Source: Tagaea sp. (GTDB taxonomy: Bacteria; Pseudomonadota; Alphaproteobacteria; CACIAM-22H2). Taken from it: DNA of 64,000 nucleotides. The position numbers and the translations under genes were made by a program. Each line of letters begins with the position of its first letter. Position 1 is the stretch's first letter. Of this stretch, positions 1 to 9,506 are shown one piece after another. The notes under the pieces are model-generated. The model had not been told where the DNA came from. It saw only the letters and a list, made by a program, of their open reading frames with translations, and did no database searches. The stretch covers positions 800,001 through 864,000 of the forward strand of contig CBDIIB010000005.1 in the NCBI GenBank assembly GCA_965279525.1. Reading direction: 5' to 3'.

Positions 1-639
1 GCCACGGGCCGCAATCCCGAGAACGCGGCCGTCGCCGCCACGCGCGGACTCTTGGAGATGCTCGACGAGCGCGAGGTCGCCGCCGTGATGGCGCACGAAC
101 TGGCGCATGTGAAGAACCGCGACACGCTGATCATGACCGTGACCGCGACGATCGCGGGTGCGATCGGCATGCTCGCCAATTTCGCGATGATGTTCGGCGG
201 CGGCAACCGCGAGCGCGGCGGGCTTGGCATCATCGGCACGATCGCGGTGATGATCGTCGCCCCGCTGGCGGCCAGCCTCGTGCAGATGGCGATCAGCCGC
301 AGCCGCGAATACGCGGCCGACCGCGCGGGCGGCGAGATCTGCGGCGATCCGCTGGCGCTCGCCTCAGCACTCGAGAAGATCGCGCAGGGTGTGGCGCACA
401 TCCCGAGCGACGCGGCCGAACGCAATCCCGCGACCGCGCACATGTTCATCATGAACCCGCTGACGGGTGCCGGGATGGACAACCTGTTCTCGACGCATCC
501 GAACCCGGCCAACCGCATTGCCGCACTGGCCGAACAGGCGCGCGAGATGGGATTGGGCGTTGCACCGGCGGCACGGCGCGCGGCAGCACCCGCCGTCAGC
601 GGGCGTTTCGCGCCGAAGCGCCGCGGGCCGTGGAACTAG
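1..639 (+). CDS. htpX: Zinc metalloprotease HtpX (M48), 5'-truncated by window edge
   Basis: Frame 1 open from base 1 ([18 protein letters not shown]); HELAH zinc motif, [14 protein letters not shown]. Confidence 0.95.
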   Translation, partial: ATGRNPENAAVAATRGLLEMLDEREVAAVMAHELAHVKNRDTLIMTVTATIAGAIGMLANFAMMFGGGNRERGGLGIIGTIAVMIVAPLAASLVQMAISRSREYAADRAGGEICGDPLALASALEKIAQGVAHIPSDAAERNPATAHMFIMNPLTGAGMDNLFSTHPNPANRIAALAEQAREMGLGVAPAARRAAAPAVSGRFAPKRRGPWN

Positions 640-975
640 TTCGAGGATCGCGATCCATCTGATTCGGGGCAATATCAATCCCGGCGCCGCGAAATAGATG
701 GCGCGATTGAGTTGACATAAGGGCAAAAGGTCAACACGTTAACGGCCGTCGGCGAACGTGTAGTCACTGCCCGGGCTGAATTCAATTGAAGTTCAAAGTT
801 ACGTATCATCTACCCTGCGGTTCATGCAGAGCCCGTCGATCGCGTTCACCTCATCGTCGATATAGCACTCACCTTTACTAGACGGAAACGCTCACCATAA
901 TTTGAAGCTTGGCTTGCCTGATCTGCGGATCGAGCGACACCCGATCTTTTGCTGCGGCTGGCAGAAACCTGATTT

Positions 976-1072
976 TGCAATTGATTGCATTTTGGAGGTG
1001 GCCCGGCCACGTCGGAACTTAGATTTCAAGATTCTCGCTGCTCGGCTTCTGGACTGTTTGCAATCAATTGCA
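976..1072. promoter_or_regulatory. Two palindromic operator-like sites TGCAAT-NN-ATTGCA (976-989, 1059-1072)
   Basis: TGCAATTGATTGCA and its exact reverse complement TGCAATCAATTGCA, 83 bp apart, upstream of the 1231 gene. Confidence 0.55.
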
Positions 1073-1093
1073 GGCCGAAAGACGCCTGCTTTA
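1070..1093 (+). terminator. Possible hairpin/attenuator
   Basis: GCAGGC-cgaaagac-GCCTGC followed by TTTA; U-tract is short. Confidence 0.3.
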
Positions 1094-1230
1094 TGCGATC
1101 TGAGAATTTTCCGAGCATCTGGTTGCGCCCTGAGCCCAGTCAGCAGGAGACGGCCGTGCCTCCGTATGGATGAACCCTAGGCTTCTCGTGAGGGACGGAA
1201 ATTTCCGGCTCGTTTCGAGGAGACAAGATC

Positions 1231-2544
1231 ATGCGTCATTCACGCAAGCTGGGCGCCGCCCACCAAAGATCATTTACGGTGCTACTCGGCGGCCTTCCTG
1301 CCAACGAGACGTTCCTTCTGGGTATGGAACGACCACTGATCCGCCGACGCAGCAGTCGCTCGGATCGCTACGCTTGGTATGCACGCTCGGTTTTCGATGG
1401 AAAGACGGTCGAACGTTTCGTCTACGATGATGTCGACCTGTCATCCGAGCAGGTATTGGCGATGCGGGCGATTACCCGAAGGGTCCGTCGCCGTGAGACA
1501 GCCGTCCGCCGGTTGGCCAAAGCCCGGTTCCCGGTACCGCCGGCGCGTATCGTCGCAATGCTCGACGCCCTAGGACCTGCGCTTGGCAAACTCGTTCTGG
1601 TCGATGATTGGGCGCTGATGCTCTACGAGGGCCTGGCCGGTCATCGCGGCTGCGCGTTCGAAGAACCGCTGGTGTATCCGCCATTGTCCTTCGTGCTCGG
1701 TGCCGGACAGGGCGTCGACGATCTCGTCGACCAGATGGAGCTGAGCGGGGGAGATTGGCTCGCCACACCGCAGGATCTGCGCGGGGTCACGCGGATCACC
1801 GGCCCGCTCGGCAAGATCGACCTCTACGACCGGGAGATCGGAGCGCCTGCGGCGCGGATTGCGGCGATCGCGCGAACCGGCGTGATGCTGACGGGCCAAG
1901 GGCTCAACGTGAACGTCCTGTCGCCACTCGATCAGGTGTTTTGGGATGCGTGGCGTGCCTCGATGAACGGGGCGGATGCCGCCATGCGACGTGCCCGTTC
2001 GGCGCGTCTGGCAAGTTGGGCAGCTGAGGTCGAGGCGTGTCGCCAGCCCGTCTTGCAATGGTGGATGGATTTCGCGCCGGGGATCACACGCGCGGCGATC
2101 CGGTCATTTCCCGAGCCCACGCAGATTCTGCTCGCCTTGTCGATGCTGCCCGGGCCACCAGCCGACACACCGGAATATGCCAAATCAGCCGAAATTCCGG
2201 CAGACCTTGCTGAGCCGTCACCGGGGCCAATGCGTCGCGAGCGCATCGAGTGGCGCCCGCGTGAGCACAACGCGTTCGCCGCCTTCAAGCTCGAGATTGA
2301 AGCTGCGCGCGATCGTCTGAACATAAGCCGCGCCCAGTTCCAGACGGCGCTGGCCAAAGCCATGGCCAACAAGCCTGCCGATCTGGCGCAGATCGAGTTC
2401 GTCGAACGCGAGCTCATCGAACTGGAGCTGGAGGAGCGTCGTTGCACCAGACGTCTGTCGATGAAGATCTCCGAACTCGACGCGATGGCGTTAGCGGCAA
2501 TGAACAAGGCGAACATCCGTTCGACCCGAGCCCCTCGCCCGTGA
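1231..2544 (+). CDS. Hypothetical protein; degenerate GSU2403-like nucleotidyltransferase-fold protein with C-terminal coiled coil
   Basis: RBS GAGGAG before ATG; 437 aa; RYAWYARSVFDGK...RRLAKARFPVPP...LVLVDDWALMLYEGLAG resembles the family pattern from memory; family call tentative. Confidence 0.6.
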   Translation: MRHSRKLGAAHQRSFTVLLGGLPANETFLLGMERPLIRRRSSRSDRYAWYARSVFDGKTVERFVYDDVDLSSEQVLAMRAITRRVRRRETAVRRLAKARFPVPPARIVAMLDALGPALGKLVLVDDWALMLYEGLAGHRGCAFEEPLVYPPLSFVLGAGQGVDDLVDQMELSGGDWLATPQDLRGVTRITGPLGKIDLYDREIGAPAARIAAIARTGVMLTGQGLNVNVLSPLDQVFWDAWRASMNGADAAMRRARSARLASWAAEVEACRQPVLQWWMDFAPGITRAAIRSFPEPTQILLALSMLPGPPADTPEYAKSAEIPADLAEPSPGPMRRERIEWRPREHNAFAAFKLEIEAARDRLNISRAQFQTALAKAMANKPADLAQIEFVERELIELELEERRCTRRLSMKISELDAMALAAMNKANIRSTRAPRP

Positions 2545-2712
2545 ACGCTCGGCCCGCGCCGACGAGGTGACGATCCCGGTATAGGCGCAAGGCGTCCGTA
2601 AAATCTCGCCTCGGGCTTCGCATTTAACTTGGTCCCGGCGCTCATTCAGCTACGCTCTGGATACTAACCAACTGTTTTGAAATACATAATTGCACTCACA
2701 AGGAGATGCACG

Positions 2713-3867
2713 ATGCCGCCCGTCTGCCCGCAAATCGACCCCGTCAAGCCGCCCTCGCTTCACCCCCGCCACGCAGCGCTGTTTGCCGCCGATCCGCTGC
2801 TTAGCCGCCGCAGCTTTGCGCTCGGCTGCCAGAAAGGCGACACGGCGTTGGCCGGTACTGCCGCCTGGTCTCTCGCTCTGGAGGGCCATCTCGCGATCCG
2901 CGATCCGATTCTCTACTACGCCATCGAATCGATCGGCTCGGCCGAGCCAGTCCTGGTCGAATTGATGCGCGGTGTATGGGGCGCGCTGCGCCCCGCCTGT
3001 CCATGGGACCCGAGTGCCGAATGGCCGTCGATCGCCAAGACGATCGGCACGCTGGCAAGCGCTCCAACCGGCCTTTCGGCGATGGACCTGCTGCTCCATT
3101 GCGTCTCGCCAGCCGGCGAGGGTTCGCCGTTCTCGACGATGCGCCAGATCCGCCGCCCTGCGCGAAAGCGTGCCCTGCAGGATCGTACGCTGCCACTGGT
3201 CGATCGCCTGGCGGCGGCATTCGCCCTTTCGGATACGTCCGATCCGGTCTGGTCGCCCGAGCCACCATTGGCAGGCGGATCGACCTACGAACTGATGAGT
3301 GCGCTGGCCCGCATGGGCATTCCGGAGTGCCTGCTGGATAGCGTGCACTTCGCAGCCCGCGATCATCTGAGTGCACCGGGATTGGCCCATGCGCTGGTCA
3401 GCTCGACTGACGGCGAAAGCACTCCGATGGCATTGGCGAAAGAGACTGCAGCTCAAGTCGCGGCGATCGAGGCTGGCTGGCTGGATGGGGATACCTGGGG
3501 ACCAAGTGACCTTCCGGACGTCTTCGGGCTCCCGCTGGCGACGTTCGGACTGCCGTGCACGTTCGGGCCTCTGGCGATGGAGGCGGCCCTGATGGAAGAC
3601 GTCCCGGTCATCATCAAGCTTCAAGCACAGTCTGGCGCAGAGCCGATGGCGATCGTCGACACGGTTCTGAAGCGAGCGGATCGCCGTTTGCTACCACGCG
3701 AGCAGGCAGTGGTAGCATTGCCTACCGCGGCGGCACTCGGCGACTTGGGCGCCTTTGCGGACATCGGAGTCGGGCCAGATTCGATAGCGCCGACGGTCAA
3801 ACTTGTACGCCCGCTGTTGCCGAAAATGGCAGCGATCCTGACCAAGCGCCTGACGGTGCTCCGTTGA
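2713..3867 (+). CDS. Hypothetical protein; divergent RarA/MgsA C-terminal-like helical protein
   Basis: AAGGAG 7 nt before ATG 2713; 384 aa; SFALGCQKGDTALA...AIESIGSAE echoes SxLQKxIRRGD...AxEDIGxAD; family call tentative. Confidence 0.6.
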   Translation: MPPVCPQIDPVKPPSLHPRHAALFAADPLLSRRSFALGCQKGDTALAGTAAWSLALEGHLAIRDPILYYAIESIGSAEPVLVELMRGVWGALRPACPWDPSAEWPSIAKTIGTLASAPTGLSAMDLLLHCVSPAGEGSPFSTMRQIRRPARKRALQDRTLPLVDRLAAAFALSDTSDPVWSPEPPLAGGSTYELMSALARMGIPECLLDSVHFAARDHLSAPGLAHALVSSTDGESTPMALAKETAAQVAAIEAGWLDGDTWGPSDLPDVFGLPLATFGLPCTFGPLAMEAALMEDVPVIIKLQAQSGAEPMAIVDTVLKRADRRLLPREQAVVALPTAAALGDLGAFADIGVGPDSIAPTVKLVRPLLPKMAAILTKRLTVLR

Positions 3868-4292
3868 TGGGCCCGGAGGTGCACGCACAGGCGGCCATGG
3901 CGGCGAGAGCCAATACGGCATTCGTCGGCGAGATCGCACTCCCACTCGAGATCCGCTGTCTTTATGTAAGGCAGGCCCGCCGCGGGTTCATCGCATATCG
4001 CTATACGCCACACTGGCCCACTTACCACATCGCCAGTGGCCTGCTGCAGTCCGGCCCGCCGGAGCTGGACTATATGTTCGGCTTGGTCCTGCCGGCGCGT
4101 CAGTCCCGTTTCATGGGTCTCGGAAACGGGCCGGCTCGAATCGATCTGCCCGGGCTTCTGTACGTGATCCGTGCACATCCCGCCATGCGGGCGGCGGTCG
4201 AGTGCGCCATCGACAACGATGTCCGGCGTCGGGATGGCGCCATCCGACGCGCGCATGGCTTCAGCGGAACCATGCCGGACGACTGGCTTTAG
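3867..4292 (+). CDS. Hypothetical protein (141 aa)
   Basis: TGATG stop/start overlap with upstream gene; protein-like composition only from Met at 3867. Confidence 0.6.
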   Translation: MGPEVHAQAAMAARANTAFVGEIALPLEIRCLYVRQARRGFIAYRYTPHWPTYHIASGLLQSGPPELDYMFGLVLPARQSRFMGLGNGPARIDLPGLLYVIRAHPAMRAAVECAIDNDVRRRDGAIRRAHGFSGTMPDDWL

Positions 4293-4349
4293 AGGCCAGC
4301 GTCAGGTTCTGAAAATCAGAATGAAAGTTCCATGAAGGAGGTCACCTAT

Positions 4350-4607
4350 ATGTTCGAAGCCCGGCCAGGTGCCGTGTTTCGTATCGGATGGCATTGGCTC
4401 AAAGTGATCAAGCCAATTGGCCTTTTTAATCTACGGGTGTTCACCAGCTATGAACGCTACCACGATCTCGACACGTCAACCGCCACGAATGTGTTTCCGC
4501 ACGTCTGGGTCGGACTGACGCTCAGAGCACCGAGCACAGCAATCACGTTCATTGTGCCAATAGGAGTTCCAATACTTTCGCGTAAGGGCTCGAACGAAGC
4601 GCAATAG
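4350..4607 (+). CDS. Small hypothetical beta-rich protein (85 aa)
   Basis: AAGGAGG RBS at 4335-4341, ATG at 4350. Confidence 0.55.
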   Translation: MFEARPGAVFRIGWHWLKVIKPIGLFNLRVFTSYERYHDLDTSTATNVFPHVWVGLTLRAPSTAITFIVPIGVPILSRKGSNEAQ

Positions 4608-4883
4608 CTAATATTTAGATTTGGCACGATTTTATTGAACAGCTTTACGGACTTTAAAAGATAAGGAATCCTGAGCGCACCGTTTGAGCAGGTTAGATTT
4701 TTTTGCTCCCGTACAAGATATGCCAGGTGCCGGCTTAGCGGCGGTAAGCGGCGGACATCCAACTCGAGTCCCGCACTGTCGTGATCTCGGAGGTTGGGCA
4801 TTCGCATATTGCCCTGACCCTTGCTTCGTAGGGGCATTCTGGTCCACAAGATCGCGTTTGGCCCACTAGAATGGCAAATTAAA

Positions 4884-5693
4884 ATGGGAAGCTTCAGGAC
4901 GGCGTTGAATCGCAGCCTTGCACGGCTCGGCTACCGGCTCGTGCGCACCGGCCGCAACGACATGTCGGCCGTGACCGGACTGCGGCGCGACCTGGGTGCG
5001 CGCATCGAAGCGTCGTGCGACGGCAAGGTGATGACCGGCCCCTTCGCCAGCATGCGCCTGCCGCCCGTCGACGCGTGGGGAGCCAACGACCGGGCACCGC
5101 GCCTGCTGGGAACCTACGAGGCCGACTTGCATCCGGCGATCGAAGCCGAGATCGCGCGCAAGCCCGGCTGGATCTTCAATATCGGGGCTGCCGACGGCTA
5201 CTACGCGGTCGGGCTTGCACGGCGCCTGCCCGAGGCGCGCATCGTCGCCTACGACCCGCTGCCAGAGGCACGCGAAGCCACGCGGCGCGCGGCCGAACTG
5301 AACGGCGTGGGCGGTCCGCGCTGGCAGTTCGCCGCCGCCTTCGATCCCGGGACGTTCCAGCCGCCGGCGGAAGGCGAGCATGGCCTGATGTTCGTGGATT
5401 GCGAGGGCTGCGAAGCGTCGTTCATCGAATCGATGCCGGCATCGGCCTTCGCGCGCGTGTCGCTGCTGATCGAGAGTCACGATTTCATCGTGCCCGGCAT
5501 CGGCAAGCGGCTCGCCGCGCATTTCGCGCCCACGCACGACGTGACAATGATCCGCGAAGGCGGCCGCGATCCCAACCGCTTCGAGATCCTGCGCAAGCTC
5601 GGCAGCTTCGAGCGCCTTCTTGCCGTGACCGAGGACCGCCCCGAAGCGATGGACTGGGTTTGGGCCGTGCCGAAGGTGCTGAATCGGGTCTAA
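4884..5693 (+). CDS. Class I SAM-dependent methyltransferase (FkbM-like)
   Basis: IFNIGAADGYYA motif I; FVDCEGCE. Confidence 0.8.
   Translation: MGSFRTALNRSLARLGYRLVRTGRNDMSAVTGLRRDLGARIEASCDGKVMTGPFASMRLPPVDAWGANDRAPRLLGTYEADLHPAIEAEIARKPGWIFNIGAADGYYAVGLARRLPEARIVAYDPLPEAREATRRAAELNGVGGPRWQFAAAFDPGTFQPPAEGEHGLMFVDCEGCEASFIESMPASAFARVSLLIESHDFIVPGIGKRLAAHFAPTHDVTMIREGGRDPNRFEILRKLGSFERLLAVTEDRPEAMDWVWAVPKVLNRV
5637..5679 (+). repeat. 43-bp direct repeat, copy 1
   Basis: cgccccgaagcgatggactgggtttgggccgtgccgaaggtgc; 41/43 identical to 12215-12257. Confidence 0.95.
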
Positions 5694-5800
5694 CGTACGA
5701 CGTGCTGGGCGGGGCCGATTCAGCCAGGTGCGATACGAGATGAGCCAGAAACGCAACCGGGAATTCCGGCAGATGCGCACGAAGTTCGGGGAATAGGCCG

Positions 5801-6625
5801 ATGTCAGGCAACACGACCAAGATCGACGTGACGTCCGGCTCGCCCGAACGTTTCGGATTCGAGTGGGATCACTACGACGAACTCAACGCCGACTACGAGG
5901 AGCAGTTCCGCCGCTGGACGCGCCCGCTCTCGCCGGCCGACTGGCGCAGCCAGGCGTTCCTCGACGTCGGCTGCGGCATGGGCCGCAACAGCCTGTGGCC
6001 GATGCGCTACGGTGCGCGCGAGGGTCTCTCGATCGACGTCGATGCCCGCTCGCTGGCCGCCGCGCGCCGGACGCTGGCGGACTGGCCGGCGGCACGTGTC
6101 GAGGAGCGCAGCGCCTACGAGATCGGAGAGACCGATCGATTCGACATCGCATTCTCGATCGGTGTCATCCATCATCTCGAACATCCGGCGCTGGCACTCG
6201 GCCAGATGGTGCGCGCGACGCGGCCGGGCGGGCGGGTGCTGATTTGGGTCTACGGACGCGAGAACAACGGCTGGATCGTGCTTCTGCTGTCGCCGCTGCG
6301 ACGCATGCTCTTCAGCTGGCTGCCGATCGCGTTCGTCCACCATCTGTCGCTCTATCCCACGGCGTTGCTGTGGCTGGCGCTGCGGATGGGGGTGGGCGGG
6401 ATCGAGTATTTCCGCCTGATACGGAAGTTCTCTTTCCGGCACGTGCGCTCGATCGTGTTCGACCAGATGCTGCCCAAGATCGCCAACTACTGGAAGCGGG
6501 CGGAGGTCGAGGCGCTGATGCGCGGTGCGGGTCTCGAGGCGATCGAGCTCCATTGGATCAACGAAATGTCGTGGACGGCGATCGGCCGCAAGCCGACGAC
6601 CGCGCACGCGCAGGGGGCCGCATGA
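5801..6625 (+). CDS. Class I SAM-dependent methyltransferase
   Basis: FLDVGCGMG; FDIAFSIGVIHH; RPGG. Confidence 0.9.
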   Translation: MSGNTTKIDVTSGSPERFGFEWDHYDELNADYEEQFRRWTRPLSPADWRSQAFLDVGCGMGRNSLWPMRYGAREGLSIDVDARSLAAARRTLADWPAARVEERSAYEIGETDRFDIAFSIGVIHHLEHPALALGQMVRATRPGGRVLIWVYGRENNGWIVLLLSPLRRMLFSWLPIAFVHHLSLYPTALLWLALRMGVGGIEYFRLIRKFSFRHVRSIVFDQMLPKIANYWKRAEVEALMRGAGLEAIELHWINEMSWTAIGRKPTTAHAQGAA

Positions 6626-7617
6626 ATCCGGGTGAGACGACGGCAAGTGCCGGACCGCGCATTTCGATCGTGGTGCCGGTCTACAACGAAGAAGGCAACA
6701 TCGAGCCGCTGTGCGCACGCACCGTCGAGGCAATGGAAAGTTTCGGCGTGCCGTGGGAGATGATCGTCGTCGATGACGGCAGCCGCGACGCCACCTATCG
6801 CCGTCTTGCGGCGGTCGCCCTGAACGAGCCGCGCATCCGCGTGATCTCGCTGCGCCGCAACCGGGGCCAGACGGCTGCGATGGCCGCGGGCATCGACCAT
6901 GCTCAGGGCGAAGTCATCGTGCCGATGGACGGCGACCTGCAGAACGACCCGGTCGACATCCGCCGCCTAGTCGAGAAGCTCGACGAAGGCTACGACGTCG
7001 TCTCGGGCTGGCGGCGCGACCGCAAGGATGCGGCGATCAAGCGCAACTTCGTCAGCCGAGTCGCGAACCGGCTCATCAGCTGGATCAGCGGCGTGGAGCT
7101 GCACGACTACGGCTGTTCACTGAAGGCCTATCGCCGCGACGTGCTGCAGCACGTACGCCTCTACGGCGAGATGCACAGGTTCATCCCGATCTATGCGAGC
7201 TGGTACGGGAACCGGGTGACGGAACTCGAAGTGGCGCACCATCCGCGCGTTTCCGGAAACTCGAAATACGGACTCGAGCGCATCTTCAAGGTACTGCTCG
7301 ATCTGATGATGGTGCAGTTCCTGGCGCGCTACCAGACCAAGCCGCTCTACGTCTTCGGCTTCATGGCACTGGCGATGTTCGCGGGCGCGTTCCTGGCGGG
7401 TACGGTGGCACTCGCCCTCAAGCTGTTCTGGTCGATCTCGTTCATCCTGACGCCGCTGCCGCTGCTCGTCGTCATGTTCTTCGTGACCGGCGTCATCTGC
7501 ATGCTGATGGGCATTCTCGCCGAGATGCTGATGCGCGTCTATTTCGAGTCCCAGGGCAAGGCGATTTACGACATCGCCCATCAGGTCAACTTCAAGGAAC
7601 GCGGGCGCGACGCCTGA
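6622..7617 (+). CDS. GT2 polyprenol-phosphate glycosyltransferase (ArnC/GtrB-like)
   Basis: ATGA overlap; IVVPVYNEE, VDDGSRD, MDGDLQNDP, two C-terminal TM helices. Confidence 0.9.
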   Translation: MNPGETTASAGPRISIVVPVYNEEGNIEPLCARTVEAMESFGVPWEMIVVDDGSRDATYRRLAAVALNEPRIRVISLRRNRGQTAAMAAGIDHAQGEVIVPMDGDLQNDPVDIRRLVEKLDEGYDVVSGWRRDRKDAAIKRNFVSRVANRLISWISGVELHDYGCSLKAYRRDVLQHVRLYGEMHRFIPIYASWYGNRVTELEVAHHPRVSGNSKYGLERIFKVLLDLMMVQFLARYQTKPLYVFGFMALAMFAGAFLAGTVALALKLFWSISFILTPLPLLVVMFFVTGVICMLMGILAEMLMRVYFESQGKAIYDIAHQVNFKERGRDA

Positions 7618-9506
7618 TGTGCGGTATCGCCGGATTCGCCGGGAAAGCCCGGACATCTGACGCCGCACGGACGCTGCGCGCGATGACGGATGCCATCGCG
7701 CGTCGCGGTCCGGACGGGGACGGATTCTGGTCGGATCCGGATGCTGGTGTGCATCTCGGCCACCGTCGCCTCGCGATCATCGATGTCGCAGGTGGTGCCC
7801 AGCCGATGTGGACGGCCGACGGCAGGCTGGGCGTCGTGTTCAACGGAGAGATCTACAACCATCGCGATTTGCGTAGCGAGCTCGAAGCCGCGGGCCACCA
7901 TTTCCGCACGGATTCCTCGGACACCGAGGTGCTGCTGCACGGCTGGCGGGCGTGGGGCGAAGGGCTCTTCGAGCGGCTGAACGGCATGTTCGCGTTTGCG
8001 CTCTACGATGCCAAGCGACGCGAACTGGTGATCGCGCGCGACAGATTCGGCGAGAAGCCGCTTTACTGGCATGCACACGATGGGTTTTTCGCTTTCGCAA
8101 GCGAGTTGACGGCCCTCGTCAGCCATCCGGCCGTGCCGCGCGAGCCCGACAGCCGTGCGCTCGCGAAATTCCTGGCGCATGGATTCTTCCCAGCTCCCAA
8201 TACGGCACTGGCTGGCGTGCGCAAGCTGCCGGCCGGACACTTCCTGCGCGTCGGCGTGGGCGCGCCCATCGAGCCGGACCCGCGCGCCTACTGGACCTTC
8301 GCGATCCGGCCCGACCCGAAGCTTGCCGAGCGGGGTGATGCCGAACTTGCCGAGGAACTTCACTCGCTTCTGAAGCGTGCGGTGGTCCGTCGCCTCGAAA
8401 GCGAGGTTCCGCTCGGGTTCCTGCTTTCCGGCGGGATCGACAGTTCGGCCGTGGCGACCTTCGCAGCCGAAGCACCCGGTGCTTCGCAGCCGCTGACTTT
8501 CGCGATGGGCTTTGCCGAGCCGTCGTACGACGAAAGCGCCTGGGCCCGTTCGGTCGCCCAATGCATCGGCAGCCGTCATTTCGAGGAAACCTGCGACCTC
8601 GATGCCGCTCGCGCCGAGTTGCCGGCGCTGCTCGCACGGCTCGACGAGCCAACTGCCGACCCGTCCATTCTGCCGACGTTCCAGGTCTGCCGGCATGCGC
8701 GCCGCAACGTGACGGTGGCGCTGTCCGGCGATGGTGGGGACGAGCTTTTCGCGGGCTACGACACGTTCCGCGCACTGGCGCCCACGCGCGCATACCGCGC
8801 GTTCGTTCCGCGTGGCCTCGATCCGCTCTTCGCCGCTCTCGCGGGCATGTTGCCTCAAGGCGACGGGAACATGAGCCTCGATTTCAAGCTGCGGCGCGCC
8901 CTGCGCGGTGCGGCACACGAACCCGCCTTGTGGAATCCGGTCTGGCTTGGCCCTCTCGGCCCCGACGAGATCTCGGAAATGCAGGGATCGCGCGTCGATC
9001 CGGAAGAACTCTATTCCGAGGCGCTTGCCGCATGGCGTGGCGCGCCGTCGGAAGACGCGATCGACCGCACGCTCGAGTTCTACACGCGCTTCTACCTCGC
9101 CGACGGGATTCTCGCGAAGACGGACCGCGCGTCGATGCTGAACTCGCTGGAGCTACGCGCTCCGTTCCTCGATCCGGACATCGCGGACTTCGCCGCCCGA
9201 CTGCCTGCATCCTTCAAATTCGGCCACGGGCGCGGCAAGCGACTGCTGCGACTGGCTCTTCGCGGCGTCCTGCCGGATGCGATCCTCGACCGGCCGAAGA
9301 AGGGCTTCGGCATTCCCGTGGCTTCGTGGCTGCGCGAAATGCCGATGCCGCCGCCGGCCGGCATTCTCGACGATGCGTGGTTCCAGCGGCGCTGGCGCGA
9401 ACACGCGGAACGCAAGCGCGACTGGCGCGGTGCGCTGTTCGCGTGGATGTCAGTCGGCTACTGCCCGGTCCTGGCGCGGCAAGCCGCGTCGTCCGAGGCC
9501 GTCTGA
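7617..9506 (+). CDS. asnB: Asparagine synthase (glutamine-hydrolysing)-like amidotransferase
   Basis: MCGIAG Ntn start, RGPD, FNGEIYN, LSGGIDSS, SGDGGDELFAGY, RPKKGF. Confidence 0.93.
   Translation: MCGIAGFAGKARTSDAARTLRAMTDAIARRGPDGDGFWSDPDAGVHLGHRRLAIIDVAGGAQPMWTADGRLGVVFNGEIYNHRDLRSELEAAGHHFRTDSSDTEVLLHGWRAWGEGLFERLNGMFAFALYDAKRRELVIARDRFGEKPLYWHAHDGFFAFASELTALVSHPAVPREPDSRALAKFLAHGFFPAPNTALAGVRKLPAGHFLRVGVGAPIEPDPRAYWTFAIRPDPKLAERGDAELAEELHSLLKRAVVRRLESEVPLGFLLSGGIDSSAVATFAAEAPGASQPLTFAMGFAEPSYDESAWARSVAQCIGSRHFEETCDLDAARAELPALLARLDEPTADPSILPTFQVCRHARRNVTVALSGDGGDELFAGYDTFRALAPTRAYRAFVPRGLDPLFAALAGMLPQGDGNMSLDFKLRRALRGAAHEPALWNPVWLGPLGPDEISEMQGSRVDPEELYSEALAAWRGAPSEDAIDRTLEFYTRFYLADGILAKTDRASMLNSLELRAPFLDPDIADFAARLPASFKFGHGRGKRLLRLALRGVLPDAILDRPKKGFGIPVASWLREMPMPPPAGILDDAWFQRRWREHAERKRDWRGALFAWMSVGYCPVLARQAASSEAV

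Noticed and set aside
640-900. Possible ncRNA or gene remnant after htpX (GTTGAC-N13-GTCAAC)
   Set aside because: No recognisable RNA family or protein similarity; only short palindromes.
4621-4638. TTGGCACG as a sigma-54 promoter
   Set aside because: No TTGC at the -12 position.
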